A DNA stretch of 64,000 nucleotides from an uncultured Bacilli bacterium (lineage in GTDB: Bacteria > Bacillota_I > Bacilli_A > RF39 > UBA660), in the NCBI GenBank assembly GCA_947626095.1, contig CANQQV010000001.1, positions 98,009 to 162,008 on the forward strand, in the 5' to 3' direction. The notes beneath the pieces are model-generated. The model was not told the DNA's origin and searched no databases. It worked only from the letters and a program-made list of their open reading frames with translations. This document shows, in pieces, positions 10,660-20,093 of this stretch. The position numbers were made by a program, and so were the translations under genes. Within the stretch, counting starts at the first letter, position 1. Every line of letters starts with the position of its first letter.

Positions 10660-11343
10660 ATGGAAATCAAAGTCAAATCATACTCATCACAATCTTCCTT
10701 AATCAGTTCTATTATTTACTTTATAATTGGAGCTATTTTGTTTTCAAAAGCTGATGAAGTTGTTAAATTCTTATCAATATCTGTTGGTGTAATATTAGGA
10801 GTAGTCGCAGTAGTAAACTTAGTTATCTTTATTTTAACTAAAAGAGATGTCGAAAAGCCAACTAAAAAAAGTTCATTAATATTTTCAATTATTTCTTTAG
10901 TATTTGCTCTAGTCTTCATCTTATGTTCTGAAGCTATCGAACAATTTATTAGATTTATTGTTGGCGCTTGGATCTTATTTACTGGAATTATAAGATTAAT
11001 CGGTGCCTTATCTATCAGTCCCAAAAATAACAAATTTTTACCTTTATTAATAATCTCATTATTATTAATTGCAACAGGAATTTATTCAATAGTTGTTGGA
11101 AATGTAATTCTACCAACAGTTGGTATAATCATGATGGTCTATGCTGTTTTAGAAATAATTGGTTACATCTTCTATGCTAAAGATAAAGCTGAACCAGAAG
11201 TTCCAGGTACTACTACATTAATAGTTCCTAATGAACCTGTTGAAGTAACAGAAGAAAAAACAGTAGAAGAAACAAAAGAAGTTAAAGAAGCTAAAACTAA
11301 AAAAGCTAAAGAAAAGAAAAAGAAAAACAAAAAGGATGAATAA
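10660..11343 (+). CDS. HdeD/DUF308-like membrane protein
   Basis: About six TM segments with GAWILFTGIIRL-type repeats. Confidence 0.7.
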   Translation: MEIKVKSYSSQSSLISSIIYFIIGAILFSKADEVVKFLSISVGVILGVVAVVNLVIFILTKRDVEKPTKKSSLIFSIISLVFALVFILCSEAIEQFIRFIVGAWILFTGIIRLIGALSISPKNNKFLPLLIISLLLIATGIYSIVVGNVILPTVGIIMMVYAVLEIIGYIFYAKDKAEPEVPGTTTLIVPNEPVEVTEEKTVEETKEVKEAKTKKAKEKKKKNKKDE

Positions 11344-11944
11344 TATTCGTCCTATTTTTTTGCCATTTATGCTCTTTCATTAATATTTCTTTATCATATC
11401 CAGAACTATCGATAAAATTATTTATATCCTTTATTGCTCTTTCAATAACTCCAATATAAACATTTGAATCTAATACTACATCATCTTCATCTGTACATTG
11501 TTCTAACTCATCAATAACATTTCCCTTTGTCTTACACGTAAAAGATTTATCTTTATAACCAGCCAAAGCTGATGATGTCGTTCTTAATTTTATTATATCT
11601 CCTGAATTACTATGTTTAATATTTAAAGTATAAGCTGATGATATAATCGCAAAATCAAATCCATCATTACGTCTAGTAAACATTGATGTACTACTATCAC
11701 CTTTTAAAGTACAAGTACCACCATCTTGATGAATCATCTCACAACTATAACCATTATCTTCCATATAATTCTTTAAATAAGCAAAATCAACATTATCATC
11801 CACAAAACCCTTTTGATTACTAAGTATCACAAACACTATAATAACCGCAAAGACAGCTATTACAAAATAAGCTACTTTTTCAAAGAATTCAATTCTTTGT
11901 GCTCGTCCATATATTCTCGTCCCTTTATTATTCATTATAGCCAT
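11306..11944 (-). CDS. membrane-anchored hypothetical protein
   Basis: One N-terminal TM; GGAG RBS. Confidence 0.65.
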   Translation of the reverse strand: MAIMNNKGTRIYGRAQRIEFFEKVAYFVIAVFAVIIVFVILSNQKGFVDDNVDFAYLKNYMEDNGYSCEMIHQDGGTCTLKGDSSTSMFTRRNDGFDFAIISSAYTLNIKHSNSGDIIKLRTTSSALAGYKDKSFTCKTKGNVIDELEQCTDEDDVVLDSNVYIGVIERAIKDINNFIDSSGYDKEILMKEHKWQKNRTNIIHPFCFSFSFL

Positions 11945-12006
11945 CTCCTATTTTATTATTAATATCATATCATAAAATAAAAGAAAAAAGAATGAGTACC
12001 TTCATT

Positions 12007-12684
12007 CTATATTTTAATATCTTCGTTAACAAATTCTTTATCATCCATCAATAATTCATGGATTTCTTCTTCTGTTGTATTTAAGAACACTTCTTCTATA
12101 CGATCTACACGACATTTTTCGGCTTTTATAATTGCTTCTACTTTATCTATCGCTTCATCCAACTTATCATTTACTACGACATAATTATACTTCGTAACTT
12201 CATTAATTTCCTTATAAGCAGTATGAAATCTTTCCAGTATTTTTTCTTTAGAATCAGTACCACGCTTCTTAAGTCTTTTAACCATCTCTTGTAATGATGG
12301 TGGCATAATAAAGATAAACAATGCTTCTGGAACTAATTTTTTTATATTACTAGCTCCTTCTATTTCTATTTCTAATATTACATCAATTCCTTTATTTAAT
12401 TTTTCACTAATAAATTCCTTAGGTGTTCCATAATAATTACCAACATAATTAGTATATTCTAAAAAATAACCCTCTTTTATCTTTTCTTCAAATTCTTCTT
12501 TACTTACAAAATTATAAGTAACTCCTGGTATATCATTACTTCTAATTGGCCTTGTAGTCGTTGAAACTGATAACCATCTATTCTTATTATCATTTTTAAG
12601 TAATCCTTCTATAACACTGCCTTTACCACTACCACTAGGTGCCGAAATAACAATCAAAGTTCCTCTACTCTTCTGCTTAATCAT
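12007..12684 (-). CDS. gmk: guanylate kinase
   Basis: SAPSGSGKGS P-loop, SVSTTTR, YYGTP, FIMPPS. Confidence 0.97.
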   Translation of the reverse strand: MIKQKSRGTLIVISAPSGSGKGSVIEGLLKNDNKNRWLSVSTTTRPIRSNDIPGVTYNFVSKEEFEEKIKEGYFLEYTNYVGNYYGTPKEFISEKLNKGIDVILEIEIEGASNIKKLVPEALFIFIMPPSLQEMVKRLKKRGTDSKEKILERFHTAYKEINEVTKYNYVVVNDKLDEAIDKVEAIIKAEKCRVDRIEEVFLNTTEEEIHELLMDDKEFVNEDIKI

Positions 12685-12760
12685 AAGTTCCCCTCCTTAA
12701 ATTTATTATATTATAATAATTATTTATTTTACTATACATATTAATTATCATCGCTATAAT

Positions 12761-13237
12761 TTATCTAATAATATCAGCTACAATAATTTTAAACTTGTTA
12801 ATAAAATCATCTTTATTAACTTTAACTGAGACTCCTATTTTACCTCCACTAAAATAAATCTCATTATATATATTACAAGTATCATTAATAACTGTTTTAA
12901 ATTGCTTTTTCATTCCTACAGGTGAACAACCGCCATGCACATATCCTGTTAAAGGAAGTAATTCTTTTAACGGTAGCATTTCTAAATCTTTTTCCCCAAC
13001 TACCTTAGCCCCTTTTTTTAAATCCAACGATTCATTCACCGGCACCATAAAAACATAATATTCTCCACTTTTACCAACAGTAACTAACGTTTTAAAAAAA
13101 CAATTTTCATTAACCTTAAGTAAATGCGCAACACTTTCTCCATCTAAAGCTTCTTTAATATCAAGAGTATAAACTGAATATAAAACACCATTACTCTCTA
13201 AAATACGCATTGCATTAGTTTTTATTTCTTTTGCCAT
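12761..13237 (-). CDS. ybaK: Cys-tRNA(Pro) deacylase
   Basis: KTNAMRIL, FKTLV, TGYVHGGCSPVG. Confidence 0.93.
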   Translation of the reverse strand: MAKEIKTNAMRILESNGVLYSVYTLDIKEALDGESVAHLLKVNENCFFKTLVTVGKSGEYYVFMVPVNESLDLKKGAKVVGEKDLEMLPLKELLPLTGYVHGGCSPVGMKKQFKTVINDTCNIYNEIYFSGGKIGVSVKVNKDDFINKFKIIVADIIR

Positions 13238-13803
13238 TTCTTCTCCAATTCTAAGAAATCTCCATCTTGACTAAAAATTTTATAACCATGAGTTTTTCTA
13301 AATTCTTTTCTTTCTTCTGCTGCCATAACCTTTATCTCTAACGCTTTATCCATATGTAATATTCCATCTAAATGATCATATTCATGCGAAAAAACAGTAG
13401 CAGGGAATCCTTTAAAAGTTTTTTGATGCTTTCTGCCAAATAAATCAATATAACTTATTTTCACTTTATATGGTCTTAAAACCAGACCCATATTATCTAA
13501 ACAACTAGCACACGCTTCCCAATATTCCGTTAAACCCTCTTGGACTTTTATAACTGGATTAATAACTATTATTTCTTCATTCCAATTATCGTCATCTATC
13601 TTTTTTAAATCAGTATTTTTTATATACATAATTCTCTTATCTATCCCAAGTTGAATAGCAGCCATAGCAAATACTTCATTATTTAAACAGTATTCTTTCA
13701 AAAGTTTAATATCTTCAACAATATCCTCTTTACTAATATCAACATTTCTACTAACTTTTCTAAGCCACTCCATATCATTTTCTATCGTTTTAACTACAAC
13801 CAT
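13222..13803 (-). CDS. def: peptide deformylase (divergent motifs)
   Basis: AAIQLG, INP, EACAS, HEYDHLDG. Confidence 0.85.
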   Translation of the reverse strand: MVVVKTIENDMEWLRKVSRNVDISKEDIVEDIKLLKEYCLNNEVFAMAAIQLGIDKRIMYIKNTDLKKIDDDNWNEEIIVINPVIKVQEGLTEYWEACASCLDNMGLVLRPYKVKISYIDLFGRKHQKTFKGFPATVFSHEYDHLDGILHMDKALEIKVMAAEERKEFRKTHGYKIFSQDGDFLELEKKWQKK

Positions 13804-13854
13804 ATAACACCTCTAAATTTTATCTATTATAACAAATAAAAAAAGATAGATAAA

Positions 13855-14487
13855 CTATCTTCCCAATTTATGAGTTAATTTCTTAGCTGACATATCTATA
13901 TTAAATTCACCATCATTATAAGACCAATAACCGTATACATCATAACCATTACTCATAGAAGTTTTAAAGCTAACTCCTGCTCCTTCCTCTACTAAAGTAG
14001 GTGTTACTTTCTTCATTCCAACTAAGTTACCTTCATCATCATGAGTTAAAACATAACCTGTAGGTACTTCTAAATGAGTAACAACTGTACCATCCTCTTT
14101 TACTCTATTAACTTCTGTTGGTTTAACATAACTAACAGCAACATTATCTTCTAAAATATATCCATCAGGAGCAACGTACATAATTCTTGGATCATGATAC
14201 TCTTCATCTTCAACACTTTGCTTATCATAATTAATTAAATCTTTATATTGATGTTTTAAACCAGTTTCCTCACCAAATAACTTAGTTTCTATAATAGTAA
14301 AAGGACATACAGAATTAGTTGGATTATTCGCCTTACATTCATAAGATAAACCTAAAGCACTACCACCTAATATTAAACCAGCTAAAGTTAAACCAATAAT
14401 AGCTTTCTTAGCTCCTGTTTTTTCTTGGATCTCAGGTCCTAAATATTTTTCATCCACTATAGATTCTTTTTTATTAAACAATTTCAT
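13855..14487 (-). CDS. membrane-anchored hypothetical protein
   Basis: TM segment near N-terminus; AAGGGGG RBS. Confidence 0.65.
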   Translation of the reverse strand: MKLFNKKESIVDEKYLGPEIQEKTGAKKAIIGLTLAGLILGGSALGLSYECKANNPTNSVCPFTIIETKLFGEETGLKHQYKDLINYDKQSVEDEEYHDPRIMYVAPDGYILEDNVAVSYVKPTEVNRVKEDGTVVTHLEVPTGYVLTHDDEGNLVGMKKVTPTLVEEGAGVSFKTSMSNGYDVYGYWSYNDGEFNIDMSAKKLTHKLGR

Positions 14488-14595
14488 ACAAATCCCCCTT
14501 TAATCTTTGTATTACTCTCTTGAAGTATCTACATTATACAATTAAGTACTAATTTATGCAAATTTTCCTCCATATTTTAAAAAAAATAGTATTGA

Positions 14596-16464
14596 CTATT
14601 TTTCTTTAATTAAGTTATCACATATCAAATTAGTTAATTCTGTTGGATTTTCAATAGGTAATCCTTCGATTAATCTTGCTTGATTATATAATATTTTTGT
14701 ATATTGTTCTAATTTATCTTTATCTTTTTTAAATAAAGTTTCTAATTCTTTAGCAATTGGATGATTTTCATTAATTTCCAAGACTACTTCCGCTTTAACA
14801 CTTTCACCAGTTGGCATTGAATTCATAATTTTTTCCATTTCTAAAGAAATATTACCTTCCGTACTTAAACATACTGGATGATTCTTAAGTTTATTCGTAT
14901 ACTTAATATTTTTAACTTCTGGTAAAGCTTTCTTCATTGCTTCAAACATCTTTTCTGCATCTTTATTATGTTTATCTAGTTTTTCTTTTTCTTCAGGTTC
15001 ATCTAATTCAGTATTTTCTGAAGCTACATTAGCAAACTTCTTACCTTCATATTCCATTAAAGCTTGAATTGTAAATTCATCCACATAATCACATAAATAT
15101 AGTACTTCATAATCTTTATCTTTAAATCTTTCGACATTAGGAAGTAAATCTATTTTATCTATACTTTCACCAGAAGCATAATATATCTTATCTTGTTTAT
15201 CTTTCATGTTAGCAACATATTCTTTTAAAGTGATACGTTTTTTCTCTTTTGAACTATAGAATAACAATAAATCTTGTAATGCTTCATTATTCATTCCATA
15301 ACTGCTATATATACCATATTTAAGTTGCATACCAAAGGCATCAAAGAACTTTTCATACTCTTCACGATTATCTTTAAGTAAATCTTCTAAAGTACTTTTA
15401 ATTTTCTTTTCAATACTCTTAGCAATTAATTTAACCTGTCTATCTTGTTGTAACATCTCTCTTGATAAATTAAGTGATATATCTTCACTATCAACTAATC
15501 CTTTAACAAAACTAAAGTAATCAGGAAGTAAATCAGCACACTTATCCATTATTAAGACTCCATTAGAATATAATTGTAAGCCTTTTTCATATTCCTTAGT
15601 ATAGTAATCATATGGCGCATGAGAAGGTATAAACATTAAAGAATTATATGCAATTTGACCTTCTACACTACTATGAATAACTTTTAATGGCTTTTCAAAG
15701 TCATAGAACTTATCAGCATAAAAATTATTATATTCTTCTTCTGTTACTTCACTTTCATTACGTTTCCAAATAGGAATCATACTATTAATAGTTTCATCTT
15801 CTAATTTTTTCTCTTTACTATCTTCTTTTTCAACTTCTTTTAACATAATAATAGGATATTTAACATAATCAGAATATTTCTTAATAATTCCTTCTATTCT
15901 ACGAGGCTCTAAGAACTCATCATAATTATCAGTATCAGTATTATCCTTTAAATATAGAGTAATTAATGTACCAGCTTCATCCTTTGTAGCTTTACTAACA
16001 CTATATCCATCAGCTCCATCACTTACCCATTCATAAGCTTCATCACTGCCAAACGCTTTACTTAATACTCTTATTTCTTTAGCTACCATAAAAGCTGAAT
16101 AGAAACCTACTCCAAATTGGCCGATAATATTTATATCCTTATTCTTTTCATTCATTTCTTTAAATAAAGAAGAACCACTCTTCGCAATAATACCTAGATT
16201 CTCATCTAGTTCTTGCTCACTCATACCAATACCATTATCTAGTATAGTAATTGTTCTATTTTCTTTATCTAAATTAATTCTAATGCAAAAATCATCTTTA
16301 TCTAATTTAACCTTACGATCAGTTAAGGACTTATAATACAATTTATCAATTGCATCACTTGCATTAGATATTAATTCTCTTAAGAAAATATCTTTATTTG
16401 TATATACTGAATTAATCATTAAATCTAATATTTTTTTAGATTCAGTCTTAAATTGTTTTTTCAT
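14596..16464 (-). CDS. htpG: chaperone HtpG (Hsp90); start moved to ~16464
   Basis: FLRELISNASDA, DNGIGM, IGQFGVGFYS, LNLSRE; the ORF-track start lies inside the promoter. Confidence 0.97.
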   Translation of the reverse strand: MKKQFKTESKKILDLMINSVYTNKDIFLRELISNASDAIDKLYYKSLTDRKVKLDKDDFCIRINLDKENRTITILDNGIGMSEQELDENLGIIAKSGSSLFKEMNEKNKDINIIGQFGVGFYSAFMVAKEIRVLSKAFGSDEAYEWVSDGADGYSVSKATKDEAGTLITLYLKDNTDTDNYDEFLEPRRIEGIIKKYSDYVKYPIIMLKEVEKEDSKEKKLEDETINSMIPIWKRNESEVTEEEYNNFYADKFYDFEKPLKVIHSSVEGQIAYNSLMFIPSHAPYDYYTKEYEKGLQLYSNGVLIMDKCADLLPDYFSFVKGLVDSEDISLNLSREMLQQDRQVKLIAKSIEKKIKSTLEDLLKDNREEYEKFFDAFGMQLKYGIYSSYGMNNEALQDLLLFYSSKEKKRITLKEYVANMKDKQDKIYYASGESIDKIDLLPNVERFKDKDYEVLYLCDYVDEFTIQALMEYEGKKFANVASENTELDEPEEKEKLDKHNKDAEKMFEAMKKALPEVKNIKYTNKLKNHPVCLSTEGNISLEMEKIMNSMPTGESVKAEVVLEINENHPIAKELETLFKKDKDKLEQYTKILYNQARLIEGLPIENPTELTNLICDNLIKEK

Positions 16465-16511
16465 CAATTTCATCTTCCTTTTTTGTACTAATTGAATAAT
16501 ACCACTACCAA

Positions 16512-16538
16512 TTAGCACTGTCAATAGTTAAGTGCTAA
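16512..16538 (-). promoter_or_regulatory. CIRCE (HrcA operator) overlapping the -35 of the htpG sigma-A promoter
   Basis: TTAGCACTT-N9-CAGTGCTAA on the minus strand; TTGACA-17 nt-TATTAT. Confidence 0.88.
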
Positions 16539-16637
16539 TATAACTATTATTAATATTAAACACCATTTATATAAATAAACAGTGTGTTGATTTTACCTGA
16601 AAACTATACTATAATAAAAGAGGTAGAAGGTGAAAAT

Positions 16638-17186
16638 ATGGATACAAGAATACTAAATACAAAGAAAAAAGTAACAAATACATTACTTGTTTTATTAGAA
16701 ACTCAGCATATCGAAGACATAACTGTTTTAGAACTATGTGAAAAAGCTGATATCAACCGTACAACATTCTATAAATATTACAAAGATGTTGATGATTTAG
16801 TATTAAAAATCGAAAATTCCTTAATTAACGATTTAAAACAAAGTATCACTGAAATTAAAAGAAATTATCTAATTTCCTTTACTGGTAATATCTTAGATAC
16901 CATTTGTACTCGTAAAGAAACATATACTAGATTACTTGGTGAAAATGGTGATCATACCTTCTTACGAAGGATCTTACGTTTAGTATATAATGAAAGTATA
17001 GAAGAATGGCAAAAACTATTAAAAAAAGCTTCTCGTGAAGACCTAGATAAGATATATAGTTTTATCGTTGATGGTTCAGTAGGTATAATCCGTAATTGGA
17101 TTAAAAATGGTTGCCAAGACGATCCAAAAAACATTGCCATCTTTATTAATAAAATATGTATGAGTGGCTTAAGTAGTTTCATTTAA
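16638..17186 (+). CDS. TetR/AcrR family regulator
   Basis: ITVLELCEKADINRTTFYKYY HTH; ATG after AGGTG. Confidence 0.9.
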   Translation: MDTRILNTKKKVTNTLLVLLETQHIEDITVLELCEKADINRTTFYKYYKDVDDLVLKIENSLINDLKQSITEIKRNYLISFTGNILDTICTRKETYTRLLGENGDHTFLRRILRLVYNESIEEWQKLLKKASREDLDKIYSFIVDGSVGIIRNWIKNGCQDDPKNIAIFINKICMSGLSSFI

Positions 17187-17192
17187 AAAGAG

Positions 17193-17870
17193 TTAATCAA
17201 AAATTAACTCTTTTCTTATTGATGTCTCATCATCAGTTTCATTATATATAATACCTAATTTACTATCATTATTAACAAATAATTTATATCCATTATTTTT
17301 TATACTAGATAAAGAATACAATACATCTTCACTCTCTATTTTACTTTCTAACAACTTAAATAATTCATCTTCAGTTAAATTAAACTCTTTTAATAATTCG
17401 CTATTATCTATGTTTTTACCAGTCTCTAATGATAGATTAAATACCATATCACTTTCTTCTCCCTTACTACCATTAACATAATAATAGTATTTAACAATAA
17501 CTGATAAGTACTTACTATTCATATAATACTCATAATCTACAACATTACCATGAACTAATAAATTATTATTTAATTCATAATTCTTGCTAGTATTATTTAT
17601 AAAAGTTTTAATTTCTAAGTTAATATTATCAACATCTTCAGATTCAATATTAATTTCTAAATTATTTAATTCATATAACGTATTACCTAAAAAAACTTCT
17701 CTAACCTTACTTAATACAATATAGTCTTTACTGTCCACTTTTTTCTTTAATACAAACTTTTCTGGTTCATTACTTTCACTATTTTCATTAACCTCTTCAT
17801 TTTTCTTACAACCAACTAATAATAATAAAACTATTATGATTAATAATCCTTTTTTCAATATAATCACCAC
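17193..17870 (-). CDS. lipoprotein
   Basis: LLLVGC lipobox. Confidence 0.7.
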   Translation of the reverse strand: MVIILKKGLLIIIVLLLLVGCKKNEEVNENSESNEPEKFVLKKKVDSKDYIVLSKVREVFLGNTLYELNNLEINIESEDVDNINLEIKTFINNTSKNYELNNNLLVHGNVVDYEYYMNSKYLSVIVKYYYYVNGSKGEESDMVFNLSLETGKNIDNSELLKEFNLTEDELFKLLESKIESEDVLYSLSSIKNNGYKLFVNNDSKLGIIYNETDDETSIRKELIFD

Positions 17871-17909
17871 TTAAATTATACCAAAGAAAAAACAGACTTT
17901 CATCTGTTA

Positions 17910-18038
17910 CTATTTACTTTCTTTTTTAGCTTTAGTATTTTTTTTAGTATCTTTAGCTACTAATTTTACTTTAACTCCTCTTAAAGTACCGAATTTCTTT
18001 TTAACACCTTCTGGTAAATTTGCTTTATAAGTTCTCAT
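17910..18038 (-). CDS. 42-aa Lys-rich small protein (not in ORF track)
   Basis: GAGGAGGTG RBS, ATG, MRTYKANLPEGVKKKFG...KKESK, downstream hairpin plus U-run. Confidence 0.7.
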   Translation of the reverse strand: MRTYKANLPEGVKKKFGTLRGVKVKLVAKDTKKNTKAKKESK

Positions 18039-18095
18039 AATGCACCTCCTCATTAATAACTAAACAATTATATCATGTATTATACAAAAAATACA

Positions 18096-18431
18096 CTAAA
18101 TTTCAAGAAAAACCAACAATTTAATAACTGAAAAAGATATTGCTGCCAAAACCAATACTAGTAAAATAATAAATAAACTAGAATTATACTCTTTCTTTTT
18201 TCTAAATACATCGATAACTATCCAGATATAAAACAAACCAAAAAAACAAATAATAGCTACTAAATTAAATAAACTTATTCTTTTAAGTAATAAAAATGGA
18301 TAAATAACAAAGAAAAAAACTAAATAGAAAAAGGAAAAAACATAGAACTTACCAAATAATACCTTAATATTATCAGGTATTTCAGCTTTATATAATTTTT
18401 TTAATCTCCTTTTATCATTCTTTTTCTTCAT
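18096..18431 (-). CDS. small membrane protein
   Basis: Three TM segments; coupled to upstream gene. Confidence 0.65.
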   Translation of the reverse strand: MKKKNDKRRLKKLYKAEIPDNIKVLFGKFYVFSFFYLVFFFVIYPFLLLKRISLFNLVAIICFFGLFYIWIVIDVFRKKKEYNSSLFIILLVLVLAAISFSVIKLLVFLEI

Positions 18432-18709
18432 TATTTATTACATTCTTCATATGCAGTTCTAACGGCAACTGCTAGTTGATCCGCACAAGAAGTTCCTCTC
18501 ATACCACATTGGTTACCTTTTAATTTCTCTTCAATATAAGAAACAGTCATTCCATCTAATAATTTAGATATCGCTTTTAAATTACCAGGACAACCACCAA
18601 CAAACTCAATATTACTTATTACATCCCTATTAATATCAAATTTAATAATCGCTGAACAAGTTCCTTTTGTTTTATATTCATACTTCATAAATATCACCAA
18701 CAAAATCAT
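18431..18709 (-). CDS. TIGR03905-like TSCPD-domain protein
   Basis: GTCS, GGCPGNL, CGMRGTSCADQLA four-Cys pattern. Confidence 0.85.
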   Translation of the reverse strand: MILLVIFMKYEYKTKGTCSAIIKFDINRDVISNIEFVGGCPGNLKAISKLLDGMTVSYIEEKLKGNQCGMRGTSCADQLAVAVRTAYEECNK

Positions 18710-18743
18710 ACCATAAAAAAAAGAATAAATAAATTATTCTTTC

Positions 18744-19367
18744 TTATTGTTGCATATTATTATTTGGATATTGATTATCTTGTGGTTGTTGTGGCATTTG
18801 TTGATCCATTGGTTGTGGCATAGGTTGTTGCATTGGTTGAGGTTGTACTGGTTGAACTCCTTGTACTACTTGACCATTTTGTACTGGTGCATTATTATTT
18901 CCACCTAAACCATCAAATAATCCATTAGGTGTAACAGGAGCAGCAGCATTAAATACATCTTTATTATAACCACTTATTGGTAAAACGATTCCACCAAAGA
19001 ATACCATTAAAACAATCCATCCAGTATCTTTACCTAATTTCTTTGATAAATTGTAATAAATATTAACACTAACAACTATTGAGGCTATATTTAATAATAT
19101 AGCTAAAGCTCCATCTACGAAGAAACCAAGTAATGAAATACCTAAATAAATAAAGAACCAATAAATCTTTAATCCAACCATTTCGATTAAAACGTAGTTG
19201 TTATAATATGGAACAATAGCAGCCCATCCAGGACGTCCAGCTTTAACAAATAGTTTCCAAAGTCCTATTACATAAAAAACAAGCCATGCAATAACAACTA
19301 ATAAAACTACAAGAACGACTCCTATACTAGCAGCTAATAAGCCTCCTAAAACTTCTGTACCATCCAT
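18744..19367 (-). CDS. DUF5684-like membrane protein with Gln/Pro-rich tail
   Basis: WKLFVKAGRPGWAAIVPYYN. Confidence 0.8.
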   Translation of the reverse strand: MDGTEVLGGLLAASIGVVLVVLLVVIAWLVFYVIGLWKLFVKAGRPGWAAIVPYYNNYVLIEMVGLKIYWFFIYLGISLLGFFVDGALAILLNIASIVVSVNIYYNLSKKLGKDTGWIVLMVFFGGIVLPISGYNKDVFNAAAPVTPNGLFDGLGGNNNAPVQNGQVVQGVQPVQPQPMQQPMPQPMDQQMPQQPQDNQYPNNNMQQ

Positions 19368-19456
19368 ACTCTTTACTTCCTTTCTATTATAAAGTATACC
19401 CTCCCAAGTATAACTTTGTCAACTAAGGTTGACGAATATAAAAAGAAAAAAAGAGA

Positions 19457-20029
19457 CTAAATGTCTCCACCATCTAATTTATACTTATAATAAGTAATAG
19501 TATCGGTATATCTATCTATTTCAACTTCTAAATACATATTATCATCTACAGATTCTTTTATAAATCTTGTTGTGATATCAGAAGAATTAGTAAAACCTTC
19601 AATATCTAACAAATAATCTTCATACTCAATATAATCATCTACATTTAACTGCCCATCACAATATTCATAAGATAACATTATTTCATTATCTCTAGTCGAA
19701 GTATTATAAGAACAAACTTCTCTTCTACCTACTACATAATACATTGTTGGAATTTCATCACCTGATAAATCAACATATTCTTCCGTAGCTTGTTCACCCA
19801 ATGTTGAAAAAACAGCAAACATAATTAGGACAACAAATCCTACTATAGCTATTAATAATACAATAGGAACTATAATAGCTACCGCAATAACCGCTTTATG
19901 ACTTTTCTTCTCATTCATTGGTGCACCATTAACTAATATTTGGTTATTATTACCTCCTACTGGATTACCACATTTATTACAAAATTTAGCATTACCATTA
20001 ATTTGATTACCGCATTTACCACAATACAT
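19457..20029 (-). CDS. zinc-ribbon membrane protein
   Basis: MYCGKCG...FCNKCG followed by a TM; GGTGA RBS. Confidence 0.8.
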   Translation of the reverse strand: MYCGKCGNQINGNAKFCNKCGNPVGGNNNQILVNGAPMNEKKSHKAVIAVAIIVPIVLLIAIVGFVVLIMFAVFSTLGEQATEEYVDLSGDEIPTMYYVVGRREVCSYNTSTRDNEIMLSYEYCDGQLNVDDYIEYEDYLLDIEGFTNSSDITTRFIKESVDDNMYLEVEIDRYTDTITYYKYKLDGGDI

Positions 20030-20093
20030 TTCTATCACCAATTTAAATATATCATATTTACAAATATTTGTTATAATAAACTCTAAGAAATGA

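Noticed and set aside
3404-17182. Shadow ORFs at 3404, 7937, 8353, 10716 and 16952
   Set aside because: Antisense to well-supported genes; no RBS
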